Program-made: the position numbers and the translations under genes
Origin: Basidiobolus meristosporus CBS 931.73
Taxonomy: Eukaryota > Fungi > Basidiobolomycota
Direction of reading: 5' to 3'
Length of the DNA stretch: 64,000 nt
Assembly (NCBI GenBank): GCA_002104905.1
Contig: MCFE01000183.1
Coordinates: forward strand, 62,001 to 126,000
The notes under the pieces: model-generated
Databases searched by the model: none
Told to the model about the DNA's origin: nothing
What the model saw: only the letters and a program-made list of their open reading frames with translations
Shown: positions 13,571 through 24,719 of the stretch, one piece after another
Numbering within the stretch: the first letter of the stretch is position 1
Layout of the letters: the number at the start of each line of letters is the position of its first letter

Positions 13571-13583
13571 GGGGCTCATAACC
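13571..13583 (-). promoter_or_regulatory. Primer-binding site GGTTATGAGCCCC
   Basis: Plus strand ggggctcataacc abutting the LTR at 13584. Confidence 0.85.
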
Positions 13584-13932
13584 TGATGTAAGAGTCTTGG
13601 AGATATTGACAGCAATTGGAAGAACAAGTGGATTATGTGACTTTCACTTCAAAATTTAATGAATGTAAAAGTAGTAATTATACTTTTACATGGTCTTGGC
13701 ATAGCAAGCACATAGAGTAAATTTAGGAAGGTCCTAAGAGCATGTGTGCAAAATTTGGGGCTGTTTGGACAACTTTGAGAATTTTCATGATCTGGGTATC
13801 TGATATTTTGGTGAAAATATTCCAAGTAAATGCCAACATGGATTTTGGTCAGTATTCTCTAGGATTTGAAGGGAATGATCTAACTGACTAAGCTAGGTGA
13901 ATATATATGTGGATTTACAAATTTTTACAACA
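13584..13932 (-). repeat. 5' LTR of copia A
   Basis: 349 bp, plus strand TGATG...CAACA, near-identical to 18305-18653. Confidence 0.9.
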
Positions 13933-13972
13933 AAAACCACATAATCTACCAGTTATCTAAATCACTTCTAAT

Positions 13973-14321
13973 TGTTGTAAGAGTCTTGGAGATATTGGAA
14001 GTGATTGGGAGGACAAGTAGATTATGTGGTTTTCACTTAATGATTTATTGAATGTAAAAGTGGTATTTATACTTTTACCGGGTCTTGGCATTACAAACAC
14101 GTAGAATAGACTAAAGAAGGTCCCAAGAACATGTGTGCAAAGTTTGGGGCTGTTTGGACAACTTTGAGAATTTTCATGTTCTGGGTACCTGGTATTTTGG
14201 TGAAAATATTCCAAGTAAATCCTGACAATGAATTTGGTCAGTATTCTCTAGGATTTGAAGGTGATGATCTAAGTGACTAAGTTAGGTGAATATTTAGGTG
14301 GAAATACAAATTTTTACAACA
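13973..14321 (-). repeat. 3' LTR of copia B
   Basis: 349 bp, plus strand TGTTG...CAACA, PPT (minus GAGTGGGAG) at ~14322-14330. Sequence variant differs from the 13584/18305 LTRs. Confidence 0.9.
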
Positions 14322-14332
14322 CTCCCACTCAG

Positions 14333-17104
14333 CTAAATGTTCATACTGACTAGTCCTAATTTTGACCTAAGATATTCAAACTTGTCTCTAGCTAAAGGTT
14401 TGGTAAATATGTCTGCAATCATTTCATCTGTAGAACAGTAAACTAAGCTAACTAAGTTATTCTCTATAGCTTCACGTATGAAATGATGTCTAATATCTAT
14501 GTGCTTGGTTCTAGCATGAAAAGTTGGATTTCTACCTAATTGTATACATCCTTGATTATCTTGAAATAAAGTAATAGGCGTTTTTTGACATAGGCCTAAA
14601 TCTGCAAAGAGCTTTCTTAACCACATTGCTTCTTTTGTAGCTTCACAGGCTGCCATATACTCTGCCTCTGTAGTAGAAAGTGCTACGGTTGGTTGCTTTT
14701 TTGAATTCCATGAAATTGCTCCTTTACAGTAAAGAAAGGTGTATCCTGTGGTGGATCTTATGTCTTCCAAATTTCGTCCCCAATCAGCATTAGAGTATCC
14801 CACAAGATCCTGTTCTGAATCCTTATAAGTGTATCTTAAGCAGATATCAGCAGTTCCTTTTAGGTATCTAAAAATCCGCTTAACTGCTGCAATATGATCA
14901 GATCCATAATTCTGATTATGTTGGCTGACAACTCCCACTGAATATGAGATATCTGGACGTGTTCCAAGCATGATATACATCAGACTGTCGACCATAGATT
15001 GATAAGGAAAGTCAGGGCTTTCAGATGGCACCAAGCTCTCTTGATTTGGTTGAGTTTTGACCAAGTTAAGGTTTGTCTCCATTGGGGTAGCTGCCAGTTT
15101 ACAGTCTTCCATTTGGTACTTCTTTAGTATATCTTGAATATACTTGGATTGGCTTAGGGTGATAGTCTGGGTACTTCTGTCTATGGAGAACTTAATCCCT
15201 AAGTAGTAACTAAGTTCTCCTAAATCAGACATCTTGAACTCCTTAGATAGGCTGGATTTAGTTTCTTCCAATGTTTCTAGGTTATTGGTGGCTATAATAA
15301 GATCATCCACATATAGAGCTAATAGAACTGGATTTGCTCTATCTGGCTTATAGTATATACTATAGTCAGCATTACTCCTTTTGAAACTTAAAGATTCCAA
15401 ATAAGAATCTATCTTGCAATTCCAGGCTCTTGGTGATTGTTTGAGACCATATAGTGACTTTTTAAGCTTGCAGACCAAATGGGGGTTATCTTGGTCAACA
15501 AACCCATCAGGCTGGTCCATATACACATCCTCATCAAGTTCTCCATTCAAAAATGCAGCTTTTACATCCATTTGATGAATAAAAAACTTATATTTGGCTG
15601 CAATAGCCAATATTAATCTGATGGAATTAAACTTGGCTACCGGTGCAAAGGTCTCAGTATAGTCAAGTCCTTTTGTTTGAGAGTATCCTTTGGCTACAAG
15701 TCTTGCTTTGTATCTTTCAATTGTACCATCAGCCTTGTACTTTGTCTTGAAGACCCATCTGCATCCAATTGATTTTTGGTTGATTGGTAATTTGACTAAG
15801 TCCCAAGTTTGATTTTCCATCAGTCCCTGATATTCCTCAGTCATTGCAGATCTCCAAAACTTTGTCTGAGGGCTATTTAGGGCCTCTTTTACAGTCTGGG
15901 GTTCATCAATATGGACTGAATAGGCATAGGCTAAGTTTGTACCCTCATTAATATAGTAATTTGGGCTATTTCTTTTCCGATTTGATCTCTGGGCATTTGA
16001 TACTGGAATGATCACTTCTGGGATATTCCTGGGCACTGATTCTGGCTGAACCACGGTTGTAGAGTCCTCTGGAGTGAAAAAATTTTCATTGTTTTGCTCT
16101 GATTCAATCCTGACAATTGGTGGACTTGAGATCAAATTTTTGTCATCATCTGATGTCATTTTTTGTGAAAATTTTGAATTTTCATCAAACAACACATCCC
16201 TGGACTTGATCAGCTTCTTTGCTTCAGTATTGTAGAGTCTGTATGCCTTACTCTCATTGCAGTAGCCCAAAAATATGCATTTTACACTTTTTGGCTCCAA
16301 TTTTGACTGATTTCCGGCCAGTTTTTTGGCATATGCTGTACACCCAAATATTCTTAGATGTTCTGCACTTGGTCTGTATCCATACCATGCTTCAAATGGA
16401 ATAGAATCACAAAGTATTCTGTTATAGCTCCTATTTTTAAGGTATACAGCAGTGGCAACTGATTCCACCCAAAAATCATAGGATAATTTTTGATCATGGA
16501 TCATAGATCTTGCCATATCAATTATTGGTCTGCTTGCACATTCTGCTACTCCATTTTGCTGTGGGGAGTATGGTACAGTAGTGTCTTGCTTTATCCCATG
16601 AATTTTGCAGAAGTGGATGAACAGTTTTGAGGCATATTCTCCACCATTGTCAGAGGGTATTTTCTTGATTTTTTCACCAGTTTCTCTCTCCACCATGACT
16701 TTAAACTCCCTGAGCTTGTACAGAGCTGCTTGCTTTCTCTCCATGGAGTAGACCCACACATATATTGTATAAGCATCAATAAGAGTGAGTAAATACTTCA
16801 TTCTACTCAAGTACAAATTTTGCATAGGTCCAAACAGATCTGAGTGAATTAGATCTATGTTTTTCTTGGTTTTAATTAGCCCAGAGCTCTCAAACAGTGG
16901 TCTGGCTTGTTTCCCATATATGCAGGCTTCACAGTGCTCCAAATTAGCTGGGGGATCAATTTTTACTCCAGAAATTAGCTGATCTCTGACCATTTTGCAC
17001 AAACTATCAAGATTGATGTGTTCAAATCTCCTGTGCCAAAGCATTGGTGTTTCCTTATTCAAGTTACTTATATTGGCTTCCAGATATGATGGAAAATAAG
17101 TCAA
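14333..17104 (-). CDS. Open copia pol frame (GAG-pre-integrase, integrase, RT, RNase H), 923 codons; no in-frame initiator because of an upstream frameshift
   Basis: LWHRRFEH...C..C, IHSDLFGP, SDNGGEY, RYKARLVAKGY, QMDVKAAFLNG, LYVDDL, ADIFTKPL. Confidence 0.9.
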   Translation of the reverse strand: MTYFPSYLEANISNLNKETPMLWHRRFEHINLDSLCKMVRDQLISGVKIDPPANLEHCEACIYGKQARPLFESSGLIKTKKNIDLIHSDLFGPMQNLYLSRMKYLLTLIDAYTIYVWVYSMERKQAALYKLREFKVMVERETGEKIKKIPSDNGGEYASKLFIHFCKIHGIKQDTTVPYSPQQNGVAECASRPIIDMARSMIHDQKLSYDFWVESVATAVYLKNRSYNRILCDSIPFEAWYGYRPSAEHLRIFGCTAYAKKLAGNQSKLEPKSVKCIFLGYCNESKAYRLYNTEAKKLIKSRDVLFDENSKFSQKMTSDDDKNLISSPPIVRIESEQNNENFFTPEDSTTVVQPESVPRNIPEVIIPVSNAQRSNRKRNSPNYYINEGTNLAYAYSVHIDEPQTVKEALNSPQTKFWRSAMTEEYQGLMENQTWDLVKLPINQKSIGCRWVFKTKYKADGTIERYKARLVAKGYSQTKGLDYTETFAPVAKFNSIRLILAIAAKYKFFIHQMDVKAAFLNGELDEDVYMDQPDGFVDQDNPHLVCKLKKSLYGLKQSPRAWNCKIDSYLESLSFKRSNADYSIYYKPDRANPVLLALYVDDLIIATNNLETLEETKSSLSKEFKMSDLGELSYYLGIKFSIDRSTQTITLSQSKYIQDILKKYQMEDCKLAATPMETNLNLVKTQPNQESLVPSESPDFPYQSMVDSLMYIMLGTRPDISYSVGVVSQHNQNYGSDHIAAVKRIFRYLKGTADICLRYTYKDSEQDLVGYSNADWGRNLEDIRSTTGYTFLYCKGAISWNSKKQPTVALSTTEAEYMAACEATKEAMWLRKLFADLGLCQKTPITLFQDNQGCIQLGRNPTFHARTKHIDIRHHFIREAIENNLVSLVYCSTDEMIADIFTKPLARDKFEYLRSKLGLVSMNI

Positions 17105-18291
17105 CTTATACAGATTCTGATCTCTGATACCTAAAGCAATAGGAGCACCATTTTGATCAGTGATCCTGCATGCAGAATTGTCAAGTTGAAACTGAGTCCT
17201 TCTGCAATGGCCTTACTTACAGATAGTAAGTTCTTGGCTATTTCTGGTACATAGAGTACTTCTTTAAAGGTCAGTGTATGGCTTCCTTCACTGCTTCTTA
17301 GGTTTACTTGGATAGTTCCTTCTCCCATGGCATCAAGTGTTCTATTGTCACTCATGAAAACCTTCTTAATTGGAATTTCTTGATATTGTGTAAAAAGTTC
17401 TTTTTGGTGTGTAAAGTGTTGAGATACTCCAGAGTCATTATACAACATCTCAGAATCCTTGTTTGTGGTCATATTTAGTGCAGATATGAATAGTCTATCT
17501 TGAGTTGTTGCAACATTTCCATATTCAGCCTTTTTTGCTGACTATCTCTCTTTTCAAGCACTGGTCTGATGGGTGTCCTTACCATTTGCAGTAGTTGCAA
17601 AACAGGTTGCTATTACCTTTAAGAGGTCTTGGGTATCTCCTCTGTTGGTTATCATGGCTTGTTAAAGCATTTTGTTCTTCCTTCTTATTGGCACTTGATT
17701 TACTAAATTCTTCATCCAGGAGCCTTCCATATACATAATTTATGGTTTGATCTTCAGTTCTGGACTCTAAGGCTGATATAAGGCCCTGAAATGTGTCTGT
17801 CAGGCTATTCAGGGTGGTTACTAGCACATCCTCATCAGTAGTTGGTATGCCCATGGATTCCATCTCATCCACCAGCAGGGTAATTCTATTGAGTAGATTT
17901 TCATTTCTTCTCCTGGCAGCATCTTTGTAGTAAAGAATTTTCAACTAAGATACATTTTCTTGGCAGCTGAACATGATTGTTAGGTGTCCTCTAATGCCTT
18001 CCAGGCATTCTTTGCTGTTTTTGCTCTTGAGCATTGAATTAGAAATTTGTCTTTGGCATTAAGGCAAATGCAGTTAAAGGCACTTTGTTCTTTCTTCTGG
18101 TACTTTAAGGCTTCCTCTTCCACATATTTAGGAGGGCATTCTTCTCCCATGACAATATTGAAAAGGCCTCTTTCTTGTAGCCGCATCTTCATTTTCACCT
18201 TCTACACTTGGTAGTTAAATCCATCCAACTTTTCAGCAGAGGGAAAAGTTTTGGTAATAGCAGTAGTAGACATTGCAGAGAGTGCCAGCTT

Positions 18292-18304
18292 GGGGCTCAT
18301 AACC
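18292..18304 (-). promoter_or_regulatory. Primer-binding site GGTTATGAGCCCC
   Basis: Plus strand ggggctcataacc abutting the LTR at 18305. Confidence 0.85.
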
Positions 18305-18653
18305 TGATGTAAGAGTCTGGGAGATATTGACAGCAATTGGAAGAACAAGTAGATTATGTGGCTTTCACTTCAAAATTTAATGAATGTAAAAGTAGTAATT
18401 ATACTTTTACACGGTCTTGGCATAGCAAGCACATAGAATAAATTTAGGAAGGTCCTAAGAGCATGTGTGCAAGATTTGGGGCTGTTTGGACAACTTTGAG
18501 AATTTCCATGATCTGGGTATCTGATATTTTGGTGAAAATATTCCAAGTAAATGCCAACATGGATTTTGGTCAGTATTCTCTAGGATTTGAAGGGAATGAT
18601 CTAACTGACTAAGCTAGGTGAATATATATGTGGAATTACAAATTTTTACAACA
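18305..18653 (-). repeat. 5' LTR of copia B
   Basis: 349 bp, near-identical to 13584-13932 at an offset of 4721 bp. Confidence 0.9.
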
Positions 18654-18967
18654 AAAACCACATAATCTACTAGTTATCTCAATCACTTCTAATATCTCCT
18701 GACTTTTACAACAGAATATGCTCAGGAAAGCTCCAAGAACATGTGTGCAGCATGCGGGGCAGTTTGAACAATTTTAAGATTTTTCATATCCTGGACACCA
18801 GATGTTTTGGGGAAATATTCTAAGTATAGAAACACTTTAAGGGCAGAAGTGCTGTAAGTATTCAGCTTACATGTAAACCACCCATAGGTCTTTAGATTCT
18901 ATTTAGCTTATTGCCAAGGGATGAAGTTCTCCAAATCACTTCCAATACTCCCTAGAATCTTGCAACA
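18654..18967. repeat. Patchwork of copia LTR fragments
   Basis: 18654-18713 is the last 60 bp of a plus LTR (ends TTACAACA); ~18714-18830 is a diverged minus LTR core; ~18925-18967 is the 3' end of a second LTR subfamily (CTTGCAACA). Confidence 0.65.
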
Positions 18968-20244
18968 GCACCACCACAAGACCATACTGAAAAGGTACAA
19001 ATACCATCAGAAAATCCGCCTCAAGTCCAGTTTTGAAATTTTAGATAGGGGGGCTACCGGGAACTTTCCCATACCATCCTTACCATTAGTTCACCGACTC
19101 CCCTCAAGAATTTCCATGTCCGATCAAGATGACAATAGCAGAGCATCAAGCAGTCTTCTAGTACTCCGCATCCCTCGCGACTGCCAAAAGCTATGATGGA
19201 AGAGGCACTCGCAGCACTGCATCTGCAAGGGTGGGTGTGGAATGCAAAGCTAAAGACTTTGAAGAATGGCGCCAGAGCAACAAGTTGTTAGGACAACCTC
19301 GAAAATACTGGAGGGTTTTGGGAGGTTGAAAGGAGAGTGGCTGTATGGGGTTTAGCATGAATATTTTGAAGCCAATTTTCAGACCAACCAACCGATCATG
19401 GGCTTTGGTAAAAAGAATCCAAGGGATGGGGATTTATGGGGTAGCTGGCTAATGGTCAGCACCGATTTAGTCGATTGAGTGGATTTTAGCGTAAACCAGA
19501 TCAAGGGATACGGGGTTTTGATTTACTTAATTGTTTACTTATACTGCGGGTCCCTAGATTCTTCCGAACCAGACCGTCATGGCCACATATTCTTGATTGA
19601 ATCTTGGCTTAGTTCGGCAACAAGACCCCAAGTACATCTACATGGGGGCCACAACAATGGATACCAACGCCTCCGTTGAGAAAATCCATCCAGGAGAGTG
19701 GCACGGCCCTATCTGTTGGTCGCCACCCCTTGAACTCAGTCCAGATGCAGGGCCATTGCGACGTATCCCAGACAGTCGCATCTCATGCTAGATTCCTCTC
19801 TCAGCCATCCTTGTCGCCCACCATCTCTGCCCCGACAAGCCCCAGGCAATGCAAGTTCGATTAAGGTTAGACGTTTAGATCAACCCGATTCCTATTTGAA
19901 CCAGCAGGATGCAAAACTCCCTGACTCAGGATGCTCGAATCACACTACGCAATCCACGGGACTTGTTGTGTAAATAACTCCATCCACCAATCATCTGGAC
20001 TGCGGGGGGAAATCCGATGCAGGATCAGAAAAACAATTCCGACCACTACAACGTTCGCGGTCACATCTACATCAGTATCCACTTGTTTACTCGAGGCTCC
20101 ATTGTCAACAATTCGAAGGGGCAGTAAATTTTATCTCGATAGAGAGCAGCCTCGATTCCGTACCTTTGCTATCACCCGGTTGACTCTGCGGGAAACCACT
20201 GTTACTTGTGCTTTTGCTCCGGGGGAACTCTTCTCGACGTATCT

Positions 20245-22447
20245 ATGGACACGCCCCCGCTAACCGACGCCTACTCCTTCTCTTCCCTCCCCTCCTTGAG
20301 GTTTGTGCAACTCCTCAACCCTGTTGTTGGCAACTACTAACCTAGACCATCGTTCCCCAACACTTTAGCATGGAGCAACCTAAAAACCTCCCAGAACAGC
20401 TCTACTTGCGAACTGGCCCACCCACCACCGCCAGGGAGAGGAAGGTGGCCAAAACCGAGCCGGTAACCTCGCCGTTCAAAACCATCCGAAGAATCTCCTC
20501 TTTCACGATTCCCAGATCGAAGCCCCCACCGAAGCCTGTCCTGGCCGGAACTCACGGCACCAACAATTGCCCAGCCATACCTACCCCAGACAACTACAGG
20601 AAGCGCTCGCTACCCCTTGACGCCCGAGGGCTCGCCCGAGATGGCCAGCTTGGCTACAGCGGCCTAGGGCTTACAGAAAAGAAAAGCCGACTTGCCGGCA
20701 GTGTTGAGTTTCATCTTACTTCGGTTGTAGAAGACAACAGTCATGTGCTGGACCAGAATCTCAACATCACCCACGTGTCCATGAACAAAATCCTCCCCCA
20801 ACGCCCGAGCACGGTGACGCCTACTGGGCCCTCCACCAACACATCACCCATCATTATCTCCTCACAAACTCCGTCCCCGGAATGCAAAAGGCCCAAGTCC
20901 CTGAGCACTCTCAATGGGCTTAGGTTTACCCTGATGGACGCTTTCAAGAGAATCCAGTCGAGCTACAAGCCGGTGATCAAACAGACGCCCCTCAATCCTC
21001 GCACCGTCACCATCACCGGATCCCCACGGATGATTTGTTCCCGAGGCTCCCTCGTCATCGGAAGTAGCGAGAACTTCCTTCGGGTGACCCCGAGCAAGAA
21101 GCCCCTTCTTCCGGAGAGACAACCCACCCCTCAATTCGGGGTGTCCAGATTCCGGGTGGGAAGGCAGCTTGACCGACCCCATGGGGCCCGCCACAGGAGC
21201 TCTGCCGTCCCCTTTAGCTGCACCAAATGTCAGAAGAAGTACAAGACCTCCCGTGGCTACAAGAACCATCGATGCTCCCGCAAGACGGAGGACATGGTGG
21301 ACTGCGTCTGTGGACGCGACCGTTCGGACATCGGGACGATGATCTTCTGCGACATGTGCCGTAACTGGCTTCATCTCAAGTGCCTAGGCATCACCGAGGA
21401 TAATCTTCCGGAGCAGTATTTTTGCCCCAAGTGTGCCACTGCCGCACACGGGAAAAGCATCACCAGAGCTCCCGGCGCATCCAAAAAGCCATCGACCATG
21501 TCGGCCCTGGCGCCGTACCTGCTGCCATCCGACTTGACGACCGAGGATCCCCATGACCTGTACCAGAACACGCTACAACCCACCCATGGAGATTTGGCCA
21601 CCGATCCGTTCGACTCGGATGGTGAGCTTCCGGCGTTTGACGATACGGATGGGGTGGACCTGAGTTCCGGGACCGGGCAATACCCGTCGCTTCTATTCGA
21701 GAACGACGACGACATGTATATGCTGTTCTCGGATGTCCCGCCCTACGACGGCACAGACGCCCTATCGAGTGAGGTGAACGGGTTCGTGTCCGAGCCGTGC
21801 CTCGACTACGATGACACCTACCGAGTATGTGGCCATGTTCATTTCAATCGCGACCCCTGTACTAACCCATTCGCAGCAATTCGCATCTAAACCACAAACT
21901 GTGTACGATCAGGTCAGTCAATCGAACTCCATGTACAGCCTCAGCTCGATGGTAAGTAGGGGGAGGGATCGTTGTTCTCTGGCCCGTATCCGGTATTCAT
22001 CGAACTTCTTTAGGCAGCGGAGTTCATGTCTGATCCGTTCTCCGACATTCCTCAGTCGGACGATCCGCTTTCCAGCCACCAGATGTTCGAGACACCCGCG
22101 ATAGCCAGGTAAGGCGTTCGTGGCTGATACCCATCTGCATCACCCAACTAACGTTCCGTCGAAACACCAGTGCGCCCAACTTCTCCATCCCTCACAGCGA
22201 AGACCCTCAAACCCTCTTCGACTTCAACAGCGAGGACCCGAATCAGCTGTTCTCCTTCACCGACTCGTGCACGGACTTCTCAATGCTTCCGAGTGCGATC
22301 TCAGAAACCCTCGAATGGCCTGCGGATCCATTCAACATGGAATCAGTGTTTGGAGGTAGGTCCTTAGTCCAGTGTTACGTAGATTCGTCAGTGCACCCGC
22401 TAATCATCGTTTGTACAGATGTGATAGACGCGGACTACGTATCTTAG
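20245..22447 (+). CDS. PHD-finger protein with an upstream C2H2-like motif and an acidic C-terminal tail (multi-exon)
   Basis: CTKCQKKYKTSRGYKNHRC followed by PHD CVCGRDRSDIGTMIFCDMCRNWLHLKC...YFCPKC. In-phase introns after ~21823, 21951, ~22108 and ~22355 extend the frame to TAG at 22445-22447. The start at 20245 is inferred via intron 20301-20368; the alternative start is 20370. Confidence 0.75.
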
Positions 22448-22921
22448 TTGGCCGCTCACCCTCCAAAAACGATCTTTATTACCCAGCTACACCATCGGAC
22501 TGGCTCCGTATTGGGTCTGTACAGATACTCTCCACCATTCCATCCGTCCCTCCCTGAATCCAGCCACTCAACTCTGAGTACTATTGGCGAACGGGGCAAC
22601 TTGTAAGATAGCAACATCCCGGAGCGGGGTTGCCATGAAATACTATGTTTGTGTATATAGCCATATGAACGACCACCTCGAAAACCTTCCCTTCTCTACC
22701 TATTTATTACCCCACGCGGCACCCGCTACTCAAATCAAAACCGAATAAATGAACCCCCCCCCCCCACACACACACACGTTTTAGAGCCATTTGGTGTCTA
22801 CGCAATGAACAACGACAAGAAGCAACCCTTTTGTGCAGACGTGGATCCAAGGAAAAGCAGTGCGTTTATTATGCTTACGATCCAATGGGGGTTATGTACA
22901 AGGGCTTGTCCTTGTTGCCGT

Positions 22922-24225
22922 TTATACCTTCTGCTCTAGAGCATACTCCACAAACTAGCGAGGATGAGGTTAAGGTGAATCGGTACATCAGGTGACAACA
23001 TTTGGGCAAACTTACTTCGTCGATGAGAACTGGCCAAGCGCCTATGGAAAGCAAACGGGGATGAGTAAGGGCAGTGGGTATTTGGGGATTGGTGTACGGA
23101 CCTTCCATGTCGTGGCCACTGAAGTCGTTCGGGCAACTCTTGATGAAATCTAGAAACTATGACCACAGTTCAAAGGGGGGTTCTCGCAATGTAGGTCAAA
23201 TCCCGATACCAACCAGGTTCCACGTATCTCTGGAGATGGCCTTTCCATGCTTCTCCTGTAAGAATTGAATCCAGACATCGAGATGGGTATATTTTCCTTC
23301 GAGAAGGAGCTGCCACAGCAGAATGGCGATATCGAGTGCTATAGAACCCTCGTGCATTAGTGATGTGCAGGTCAATTCGAGTCATTCAAACCCCGTTACG
23401 TACGCAGACTCTTCTGGTTCTCGCTTCTACTGAATTTAAAGGTGAATTGATAGATCTGCTTGAATTTCTCCTCATCGTTCAGCTCCTCCCTCAGCGCAGG
23501 AAGGACGCTCTTCATCTTTTCCAAATTGTCGCACCTAGATGGGTCCCGGGTTATCTTCGGTCTCTCGCATGTGAGGAAGTACACTATCAGTTACCCCAGA
23601 GCTGCCCAACCGTCAACGAAGCCCTTTCTCTTGAACTCGCACATCCGTTCGGCGCCCAGGTGCCACGCCACTACCAACATCACCACATCGGTAGGATCTA
23701 CCTCGAGATCGTTGCATAACTTCTCTGTTCCTTCCACCAGAATGGCGTCTTCGTCGGGATCTTTTGGACCAAAGGGGATGGAAGGCAGTTAAAGTACGAC
23801 TCGCTTTACGTCAGTGTGGAACTCACGACGAAACAAACAACCCACCTTTATACCCCTCAAACACATCGCTGAGCTCTTGGTAGTTTATGGGGACGGAGTG
23901 ATGAGCCCCGTTGTCCTTGGAAGAGAAAGAATGGCCGAAATACCCATCGACGGCAAGCTGAACATTCCAGTTAAAGGCTTCGAGGGTCTCACGAGCAACC
24001 CTCTCACTGTTCGCCGAAAGAACCCGGAGAAAGAATGAATGAGTGTGTGGGTGGGTGAAAGGGAGAGCTGGTTCTGCTCTAGGTTACCTGGTATTCGTGA
24101 ACCCAACAAAGGTCTTTATCTTCTCGCTTTGCTGTGCTCTTCTGGTAAAATTCTACATGGGAGCAGGGGTTGGTAATGGTGGTGGGGATGGCGCCAATGG
24201 ACAGGGTAACAAATGAACCTACCAT
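22922..24225 (-). CDS. DCN1: DCN1-like NEDD8 E3 co-ligase (UBA-like + PONY domain)
   Basis: Spliced product M|NFTRRAQQSEKIKTFVGFTNTS|ERVARETLEAFNWNVQLAVDGYF...DPDEDAILVEGTEKLCNDLEVDPTDVVMLVVAWHL...KAISRDTWNL|FLDF...AWPVLIDE|FVEY; GT-AG introns in phase. Confidence 0.93.
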
Positions 24226-24719
24226 CACTATACGCGTGTGTCAACAGTGAAACGTGGACCTACGTTGAAGAGTGAAAAGTACTAGAAAGTTCACTATTTC
24301 TTGGATATCTTTGGAATTGATTTGATCTCGGTGAACCAAGGATCCTAGGCCATCGACTAATGAGATCCCCCTCTCTGCATCGACAGTGTGCCTTTCTTAA
24401 TTCATCCAGGAATGGTGCGGATCCGCATCCGGGGAATAAAATGAGGGAAATCCTCATCAGAAATATCGGAATTCGCTCCAGCGTCAGATCGCTTGGTCAG
24501 CGCCGCTGTGATTGGCCGTGGGTGCCAGCTCGAAATGAACAAAATTCACCGCGTAGCAGCGGGAGAACGGTCTTTTCTGTCGGTTGTCATCCTTCAGTAC
24601 TACGGTTAGTTCGAGTGGGTTTGAGGTCGCCGGAGATGGCGACATCGGACTGTTTCCGTTTCCATCCATCCACGGATGTGTGCTAACTTTCGTTGGTTCT
24701 TTCTCAGGGGAAACAGAAC

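Larger units (their letters stand above)
10142..13932 (-). mobile_element. Degenerate Ty1/copia element A (5' LTR, gag, PR, IN, most of RT), interrupted by the plus-strand element
   Basis: 5' LTR 13584-13932, PBS 13571-13583, integrase ORF 11520-12383 (HSDLFGP, SDNGGEY, QNGVA), RT fragments down to 10142. The RT sequence resumes at 5481-5463. Confidence 0.88.
13973..18653 (-). mobile_element. Ty1/copia element B, 4681 bp, recombinant (disrupted gag/PR, open IN-RT-RH, mismatched LTRs)
   Basis: LTRs 18305-18653 and 13973-14321, PBS 18292-18304, PPT, PR-IN-RT-RH order. No TSD (left CTAAT, right AAAAC). Confidence 0.92.

Noticed and set aside
17131-17200. Frameshift between protease and integrase as a programmed gag-pol frameshift
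   Set aside because: The plus-strand copies (~6940 and ~52210) have the extra base and read through, and the lesion is shared only by the duplicated pair, so it is a mutation.
1-18970. RIP as the cause of TE decay
   Set aside because: Differences I could inspect favour CpG sites and include many transversions and indels; no clear CpA->TpA excess by eye. Not quantified.
19088-19290. Possible minus-strand exon ending at a GTAAGG donor (…LEDCLMLCYCHLDRTWKFLRGVGELM)
   Set aside because: No start, no downstream exon and no recognisable family; cannot be supported.
22754-22777. Poly-C plus (CA)n tract between convergent genes
   Set aside because: Short simple repeat with no further structure.
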